DNA from: Octopus sinensis
Taxonomy: Eukaryota
Direction: 5' to 3'
Assembly (NCBI RefSeq): GCF_006345805.1
Contig: NW_021837032.1
Coordinates: 1-64,000 of the forward strand
DNA: 64,000 bases
The notes below the pieces were generated by a model. The model was given only the letters and a program-made list of their open reading frames with translations, was not told where the DNA came from and ran no database searches. The translations under genes were made by a program, and so were the position numbers. Below are positions 55,570-64,000 of this stretch, in pieces (the first letter of the stretch is position 1; each line of letters starts with the position of its first letter).

Positions 55570-56048
55570 CAGGCGCAGGTGTGACTGTGAGGTAAGAAGC
55601 TTGCTTTCCAACCACATGGTTCTCGATTCAATCCCTATGCGTGGTACCTTGGGCAAGTGTCTTCTACTATAGCCTCGCGCCAACCAAAGCCTTGTGAATA
55701 ATTTGGTAGATGGAAACTAAAAGAAGCCTATCGTGTGTGTGTATGTATATAGATATATATGTGTGTGTGTGTATGTATGTATATATGTGTGCGTGTGTGA
55801 GTGTGTGTGTATGTATGTATGTATGTATATATATATATATGTGTGTCTGTGTTTGTCCCCCCAACATCGCTTGAAAACCGATGCTGCTGTGCTTACGTCC
55901 CCGTAACATTAGCGGTTCGGCAAAATAGACCGACAGAATAAGTACTAGGCTTCCAAAGAATAAGTCCTGAGGGTCGATTTGTGCGGCTAAAGGCGGTGCT
56001 CCAGCATGGCCAGAGTCAAATGACTGAAACAAGTAAAAGAGTAAAAGA
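55570..56048 (+). mobile_element. SINE family B
   Basis: Full-length match. Confidence 0.85.
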
Positions 56049-56461
56049 GTTTTATGTATCCTTTTATCTTTCTCTTCTTTCAGTCTTTGAACAACGGCCA
56101 TGCTGGAGCACATCTTGCCACGGTTTATTCGAGCAAATTGACAACGGTAGTAAAATTTCAAAGCAACATCGTAACCGTGTGTGTGTGTGTGTGGTGCCTT
56201 TGTGTGTTTGTGCGCGCGTGCGCGCGCACGTGTGCAATCGTGTGTCTTGAATAAAAGTACGTGTTGTCATAACAAATTTCTGAATGTGTGACGTAAATAT
56301 GAACGCGTGTTTACGAGTGTGAGCGCCTGTGTGTTCGCGTCTACGTAGTTTTGTGAGCGCTTGTCTGTGTGTGTGTGTGTGTGTGAGCTTGCATGCATAT
56401 TATACGCATTCTATACGTTGGTGTGTATATATGTGTGTTGGGGGGGTATAGTATATATAAT

Positions 56462-56544
<83 letters not shown>

Positions 56545-56725
56545 AAGACAGACAGACAGTCAGACAGACAGACAGACAGGCAGGCAGACAGACAGACAGA
56601 CAGACAGATAGATGGAGAGATGGATGGATGGATGGATGGATGGATGGATAGACAGACAGGTAGATAGACAGACAGGTAGATAGACAGACAGGTAGATAGA
56701 CAGACAGATAGATAGATAGATAGAT

Positions 56726-56793
<68 letters not shown>

Positions 56794-57364
56794 TTAGACA
56801 TTTGCGTCTATGTATATATACAAATGCACGTGCGTCTATGAAAACCTGTGTATATAACAACGTGCCATGCACAGATGTGTGTGTATGTGTGTGTATGTGT
56901 GTGTGCGCGTGGATAATTAAGGTAGACAGAACCTTCCCTACCCCATCATTCTCTACCATTACCCTACCAACGAACTAGTCACCACCACCACCATCATAAC
57001 AACCACCACGCATCTTCACTACACCACCACCACCAATAGCAACAACAACATCATTCCAGCTCTGGTACAAATGAGTCAACGTTGGAACTTTGCCAAAAAA
57101 AAAAAATGAAAGCCACCGGCCGAGTTATAAACAAAGACAAAGCAAAAGAGCCACGTGTTCCTCTCTCTCTCTCTATCTATCTATCTCTATCTCTCTCTTT
57201 CTCTCTTTCTCTCCTTTCGGTCTCTCTCTCTCTCAATATTCGTTTCTATCTTTCCCCTATTTCCTCCACCCATCCTCCTCCTACCTCGTTAGAAACTTTG
57301 GTAAGCAATACATTCTTGCCTCCACTTTTTCATCCTATGAGCTCTCGCGCATTAGGCAGGGCAA

Positions 57365-57366
57365 CG

Positions 57367-57405
<39 letters not shown>

Positions 57406-57494
57406 CAGTAGTAGTAGTAGTATGAGTGGTGGTGGTGGTAGCTGTAGTAATTGCAGTAGTGATTTTAGTGGTGATGATGGAGGTGGTGGTGGTG

Positions 57495-57540
<46 letters not shown>

Positions 57541-57685
57541 CGGTGGTGGTGGTGGTAGGAGTAATAGTAGTGGTGGTGGTGTGGTGGTTGTGGTGGCGTC
57601 GTCGGTAGCGGTGGCGGCAGCAGCAGTGGCAGTAGTAGTAGTAGTAGTAGTAGTAGCGGCCGGTGGTGCTAGTGTTGGTGGTGGT
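57365..57685 (+). repeat. (AGT/GGT)n trinucleotide array
   Basis: Direct inspection. Confidence 0.95.
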
Positions 57686-57957
57686 TGATTTTGTTTGGCC
57701 CCCTTTCCTTCCACCCACCACGATTGGTCAGCTTCGACCTAAAATACCTAAGGCGCTCCAGCTATGACCAACCCGTCTTCAATAAATATTTTCGTCTAAT
57801 TTCGCTGTATTATATTATATTATATAACGTAGCCTGTTTTTCTTTTTCTTTTATCTTTTTTTCTTATAAGCGGCCGGATGTGATTAGAAGGAAAACATGG
57901 CCGACATTTTGAGCAAAGGTAGCGTGCCTACTGTAATGGCTTCCTAGTTAGCTAGTG

Positions 57958-58344
57958 TGGAGGCGCAATGGCCCAGTGGTTAGGGCAGCGGACTCGCGGT
58001 CGTAGGATCGCGGTTTCGATTCCCAGACCGGGCGTTGTGAGTGTTTATTGAGCGAAAACACCTAAAAGCTCCACGAGGCTCCGGCAAGGGATGGTGGTGA
58101 TCCCTGCTGTACTCTTTCGCCACAACTTTCTCTCACTTTTACTTCCTGTTTCTGTTGTACCTGTATTTCAAAGGGCCGGCCTTGTCACTCTGTGTCACGC
58201 TGAATTCCCCAGAGAACTACGTTAAGGGTACACGTGTCTGTGGAGTGCTCAGCCACTTACACGTTAATTTCACGAGCAGGCTGTTCCGTTGATTCGGATC
58301 AACCGGAACCCTCGTCGTCGTAACCGACGGAGTGCTTCCATCCT
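57958..58344 (+). mobile_element. SINE family A, tail type 2, with 13-bp TSD
   Basis: TAGTTAGCTAGTG at 57945-57957 and 58345-58357. Confidence 0.88.
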
Positions 58345-58715
58345 TAGTTAGCTAGTGATTATACTTTAGCCCCAGGCTGGCTTTCATCGAGCGCTTTAAG
58401 ACGGTTGGGTGTAGTTTTAGAGACTTCACCAGCTATTTCTAGCAGCAACCGCGTACACAAAGGGAATATTTTCTTGTACATGTCCCAGTTATTGGAAAGC
58501 GGCCCTGCTGGGTCACCACCGTCAATCGTCTTATATTCTTTATGCGCGCGCGTGTGTGTGTGTTGTGTGTGTGTGTGTTACTTATTCGGATCTCTTTTTG
58601 CCGAACCTCTAAGTTAAGGGGAGATGAACAAAACAGCACTGGTTGTCAAGCGATGAGGAGAACAAACCACTAACAGAATGACACCCACACACACGTATGT
58701 ATATATGTATACACG

Positions 58716-58773
<58 letters not shown>

Positions 58774-58797
58774 CACATACATAAACATACATTTATA

Positions 58798-58992
58798 TAG
58801 GCGCAGGAGTGGCTGTGTGGTAAGTAGCTTGCTAACCAACCACATGGTTCCGAGTTCAGTCCCAATGCATGGCACCTTGGGCAAGTGTCTTCTGCTATAG
58901 CCTCGGGCCGACTAATGCCTTGTGAGTGAGTGGATTTGGTAGACGGAAACTGAAAGAAGCCTGTCGTATATATTGTATATATATATATATAT

Positions 58993-59030
<38 letters not shown>

Positions 59031-59230
59031 TATATGTATGTATGTGTATGTGTTATGCCCCTAGCATTGCTTGACACCGATGCTGGTTGTTTACGTCCCC
59101 GTACTTAGCGCGTTCGGCAAAAGAGACGATAGAATAAGTACTGGGTTACAAAGAATAAGTTCCCGCGGGTCGCAGCTGTGACTCAAAGGCGGTGCTCCAC
59201 AGGCCGGCCATCAAATGACGGAAACTGTAA
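58798..59230 (+). mobile_element. SINE family B
   Basis: Full-length match with a diverged 3' end. Confidence 0.8.
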
Positions 59231-59885
59231 TAGATGTAAAGAGTACGTGCGTTGTGTGATGTGTGTGTGTGTGTGTGTACATGCGCAACACTCACTCACA
59301 TACTCACACGCATGCATATGTACGAATGCCACAGGCTTCCTCACAGTTTCTGTGTACTAAATTTACACAGAAGGCACTTGTCGACCCAAGGTTATATTGG
59401 AAATACTGCGCAGTAGAACTGAAATCGAAACTACGTGGTTGCAAAGCGAGTTTCAAAGCCACGCACCCAAATAAGAACGGAAGTGCACTGAACCCGGAAC
59501 CATGTGGTTCGTAAGCAAGCTACTTGCCACACAGCCACTCCTACACCTGTACTGAGTTCAAATTCCGCCGAGGTTGACTTTTCCTTTCATCCTTTCATGG
59601 TCATTAAAAGAAATATCAGTTGAACATTGGGGTCGATGTAATCGACTTAAAATCCCACCCGAAATTGCTGGCCTTGTTCCATTGGTAAAAACGGTAAAGT
59701 AACAAAAGAAAGAAAGAGACCTCAATATTATGTAAATAGAGGAAATTTATCTGTAAAATAATGTGACAATTATTCGGTAGCCAAGATAAATCTCTGAGTT
59801 TCGGATGCCGAGGTGGAAATCCACAATTTTAAACTTATATATTAAATCATTGTTTGGATCCGAAGAGTGATATCACTTTTCCTTT

Positions 59886-59961
<76 letters not shown>

Positions 59962-59991
59962 ATCTCTCTCTCTCTCTCCCTCTCTTTCTCC

Positions 59992-60031
<40 letters not shown>

Positions 60032-60319
60032 CCAAATTGATTTTTAGAGACTTTGTCAGTGAAATGTTTGACAATGAGTGCGGGCGGGGGCCTTGCAATT
60101 TCTATGTGAGAAAATTCTCACATGCACTCGAATCTCCTTCAAATAACACTTTACGGTCCTTAAAGAAAGGAAAGAGAGAGAAGCGTCCCTTAATGACTTT
60201 CGATGTAATTTATTGCCATAAAATATCGTTACAAATGCGCAGTGCACAAGATGAGGACGAGATGGTCAAGTCTATCAGGACTAACCTTGAGAGAAAAAAC
60301 CAACAATAACAATAATTCT

Positions 60320-60764
60320 TAAAGATTTCAGCATAAAGCCCGTGATTCTAGAAAACGGGGAGAGTTTCTAGGTAACTAAAAAATTTTAAACTTCGATTCT
60401 GGTAGAATGTGTTTATAAAACAACTTTTTCTCTTGGCTTTATTGAGAAAATTCTATGGTTTGTAAGATATTTGGGGGGTTTTTTTCTTCAATTTCTGCAA
60501 TTTCAACCAATCAGTGACGTCTATTGAGGTAAAAAAAATCATTCTGTGCCGAATGAATACGTCCCTCATTTAAGAAACAGATTGGGTTTATTTACATTTC
60601 TGAAGAAAAAAGATACCCTTCCCCCACCCCTAACCCTAACCCTAACTAACCCTAACCCTAAAACAGATTGAAATGCAATAGATCGATACTAAGGTCATAA
60701 TGATGGGTGACAATTTCATATGGCACCGCTAGAAAAAAAACTGCCGTTCAAACCGAAAAGATCC
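60320..60764 (+). mobile_element. dispersed non-coding element with an internal (CCCTAA)n tract
   Basis: The 3' 135 bp recur inverted at 4981-5105; the 5' boundary is uncertain. Confidence 0.6.
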
Positions 60765-61216
60765 TGATAAAGTAACAACAACGTTTATTCATATTGGAAG
60801 TATTAACTCAAACATGTTTACAATATCCGCAGTTTTACTGGAAGGTCACTGTTTGACATGAGGTGCTTGTGCACTCGACTCTTTCAAAAGCCTGGCAATT
60901 ACGTTGATTGAAGCCGTTCCAAGAATATCTTCCGGAAGTTAGTAATGTGTATAAATAGCCGAGTGCAGAAAGCTCAGTGTTATGTGTAGGAAGGACATAG
61001 CCAGAATATATATATATATATAAATCATGAAGTACGTAAATACGGGCGTGGGCATTAGCCGTGCAGTTAAGAAGCACGCTTTGCAAACAGAAGCATTCGG
61101 GGTTCAGTCCCGATGCGAGGCACTTTGGGCAGATGTCTTTTATTTATAGCCCCGGGCCGACTCGATACCTTACGAGTGAATTTGGTAGAGAGAAACTGTG
61201 TGGAGGCCCGTCGTTT

Positions 61217-61218
<2 letters not shown>

Positions 61219-61250
<32 letters not shown>

Positions 61251-61600
61251 TCACGCACACACACACACACATTCACGCACACACACACACACACACATTC
61301 ACGCACACACACACACACATTCACGCACACACACACACACACACACACACATTCACGCACACACACACACACACATTCACTCACACACACACATTCACGC
61401 ACACACCACACACATTCACGCACACACACACACACACACACACACATTCACGCCACACACACACACACATTCACTCACACACACACACATTCACGCACAC
61501 ACACACACACATTCACTCACACACACACACATTCACTCTCACACACACGCACATTCACGCACACACACACATTCACACACACACACACACCATACACACA
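61219..61600 (+). repeat. (CA)n with periodic ATTCACG/ATTCACT interruptions
   Basis: Direct inspection. Confidence 0.95.
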
Positions 61601-61604
61601 CGCA

Positions 61605-61799
61605 CGAGAGGGTGCTGAAAAGTTCCTGGCTTTCGGTAAAAGAAAATACAAGAGGATCGGTTAATTATGATTTCATTTAACATATTTATTGCCGCGGTCC
61701 TTCAGTTTTTCTAAGCCCAGTCAAAGAACCCGGAAGGTCGAGCCTCCAACCAGACCTTCCGCGACACCCTTAAAACCAGGAACTTTCAGTACCCATTCG
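61605..61799. mobile_element. mariner-type MITE (about 195 bp)
   Basis: TIRs CGAGAGGGTGCTGAAAAGTTCCTGGCTTT and AAAACCAGGAACTTTCAGTACCCATTCG. Confidence 0.75.
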
Positions 61800-61802
61800 A
61801 GT

Positions 61803-61845
<43 letters not shown>

Positions 61846-62029
61846 TTACTGTTGTTGTTGTTGTTGTTGTTATTGTTGCCGTTTTATTTTGCTAAAAGCC
61901 TCTTCTTGTTGCTGCCTGCAACTGTTTCTTTGTTATTATTGATATTGTTCCCGTTGCTGTTGTTTTGGCGGCAGTGATGGTGGTGGTAGTGGTGGTGGTG
62001 GTGGTGGTGGTGGTGATGGTGGTGGTGGG

Positions 62030-62036
62030 GGTGGTA

Positions 62037-62067
<31 letters not shown>

Positions 62068-62400
62068 TTGTGCTGTTGTTTTTTCAACGGGGGTTTGTTG
62101 ACAACAAACTTCTCTTATACCAGATGTAGGATTCAGTCACGTGACATAAACAACAACACAAGCGCGGAGGTAAGATTTAAAATTAAAAAAAAACAAAAGA
62201 CAAACAAAAACAAAAACAAATAAAAATAAAAAAAAACACGCCGTAAGGACACGTTGATGACGTCACAAACAAACTAAACAGTTTTGGGAGAAGCGGGGCA
62301 AATTTTTCGACGATGTGGGGGCGGAGCAACCAAAACGGTAAAAGCGGCGGAATGGCAAAATGGCGGAGTTAATAAATCAACATAACAACAGCAACATAAC
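62030..62400 (+). promoter_or_regulatory. candidate CpG-rich promoter / 5' end of a plus-strand gene
   Basis: (GGC)n; palindromic E-box GTCACGTGAC 62136-62145; donor-like GAG|GTAAGA 62169; CRE TGACGTCA 62258-62265; GC box GGGGGCGGAG 62317-62326; YY1/start-like AAAATGGCGG 62357-62366. Confidence 0.5.
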
Positions 62401-62594
62401 GAAGAATGAGGGCAGCACCGTGTCAAGAACTGTGACATCATCAGAATCAACAACATTAGCGAAGAACATCAACAATCTCTTATGTACTATTGTTTGATAT
62501 AGCGCAGTGGTTACGTCAGGAATTCTCTTTGGATATATATAAACATGATCTGTTAGAGCTGGCCTATGGCTAAATAACAACATACCAATAGCTA

Positions 62595-62822
62595 TTTCTT
62601 TATTACCCACAAGGGGCTAAACACAGAGGGGACAAACAAGGACAGACATAGGTATTAAGTCGATTACATCGATCCCAGTGTGTAACTGGTACTTAATTTA
62701 TCGACCCCGAAAGGATGAAAGGCAAAGTCGACCTCGGCGGAATTTGAACTCAGAACGCAGCGGTGGACGAAATACCGCTAAGCATTTCGCCCGGCGTGCT
62801 AACGTTTCTGCCAGCTCGCCGA
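62595..62822 (-). mobile_element. SINE family C, full length
   Basis: Match to window consensus. Confidence 0.85.
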
Positions 62823-62823
62823 T

Positions 62824-63620
62824 CAACAACAACAGCGGCGGAGGCGCAATGGCCCAGTGGTTAGGGCAGCGGACTCGCGGTCGTAAGAACGCGGTTTCGA
62901 TTCCCAGACCGGGCATTGTGAGTGTTGTATAACCACATACCAACAACATAAATCATTATCAACAACAATAACAACAGCAACGAAGGCGGCAGCATCAACA
63001 ACAGCGACGGAGGCGCAATGGCCCAATGGTTAGGGCACAGGACTCGCGGTCGTAAGAACGCGGTTTCGATTCCCAGACCGGGCGTTGTGTGTGTTTATTG
63101 AGCGAAAACACCTAAAGCTCCACGATGCTCCGGCAGGGGGGGGGCACCCCTGTTGTACTCTTTCACTCCAACTTTCTCTCACTCTTTCTTCCTGTTTCTT
63201 GTCCCCGACTTCCTACGCAACCGCTGAGGCTGGATGCGCATTCATCCATCCGTCGATGCTCTCGGTGTCGGGGGATTGACCTGCTTTCTCTTCTGCGGGT
63301 CTTACGAATAGCAAAGGACCACGTTTTAGACTTCTCCCACTACAGACAATCCTGAGGCGCGATCTTGCGAGCACTGAGACGAAGACCGCTTCGCTCAACA
63401 AACAAACAAAGCATCAACAATAACAGCGGCGGAGGCGCAATGGCTCAGTGGTTAGGGCAACGGACTCACGGTCGTAAGAACGCAGTTTCGATTCCCAGAC
63501 CGGGCATTGTGAGTGTTTATTGAGCGAAAACACCTAAAGTCCCACGAGGCTGGGGGGGAGGGGGTGAACCCCGCTGTACTCTTTTACCACAACTTTCTCT
63601 CACTCTTTCTTCCTTCTTCT
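62824..63620 (+). mobile_element. three tandem SINE family A heads (62841, 63008, 63429); the middle copy has tail type 5 ending in (AAAC)n
   Basis: All share the variant GTCGTAAGAACGC and the leader AACAGCG(G/A)CGGAGGCG. Confidence 0.85.
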
Positions 63621-64000
63621 GCCACAAAGCAGAAGAACCATGCTGTAACCCACAAAAGTGTGGTAAACTTTCAGACCCTAGTCTAGATTGCGAATCCTCT
63701 TTAACCCCATGATGGTTCAGCTCTCCACCCGTTAAAAGCCAACGTTTACGGAATGAGGATAACAACGTAGCTTTCGCGCCCATTTCGTGAACACGAAATG
63801 TGTTTGTGAAGAGACAAGAGTACAGCCTAATATATTGTCCCTCAGTATATAACTGGTATTTTGTTATATCTACTCTAATCGGAAGGATAAAATGGTAAAA
63901 CTGATCTCGTTGAGATTTGAACTAAATACTTCTAGGGCTTTTTTTTTTTTGCTTCCGGGCCCTAATGGACCAAATATTTTCTGAAAGGCGAAAAGAAGGG

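Noticed and set aside
62841-62915. tRNA genes at family A/B/C heads
   Set aside because: A and B boxes are present, but each continues into SINE body sequence and lacks a proper acceptor stem and terminator

Overview
AT-rich, microsatellite-saturated animal DNA. The SINE families and repeat landscape suggest an octopus or other coleoid cephalopod (inference, not database-confirmed). One protein-coding gene can be reconstructed on the minus strand from three phase-compatible exons (27348-27535, 15716-16856, 12830-13255; about 584 aa). It has a Ser-rich N-terminus, a USP4/11/15-type DUSP-UBL module, a long coiled coil and a KCTD7/14-type BTB domain, with no USP catalytic domain. This would be a deubiquitinase targeting module fused to a candidate Cullin-3 adaptor/oligomerisation domain, and it is the main finding. 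The rest is mostly mobile DNA. Three non-LTR retrotransposon families each sit in their own microsatellite: Dong/R4 in (TAA)n, Tx1 in (GATA)n and a second R4-like family in (TACA)n. Short (TA)n-embedded elements carry minimal hammerhead-ribozyme-like motifs. There is a full-length fossil mariner split by three SINEs, a Tc1-like fossil, non-autonomous Helitrons, MITE-like hairpins and dozens of tRNA-derived SINEs of three families. A motif-dense candidate promoter lies near 62.1-62.4 kb. Most ORFs in the supplied track are microsatellite read-through artefacts.
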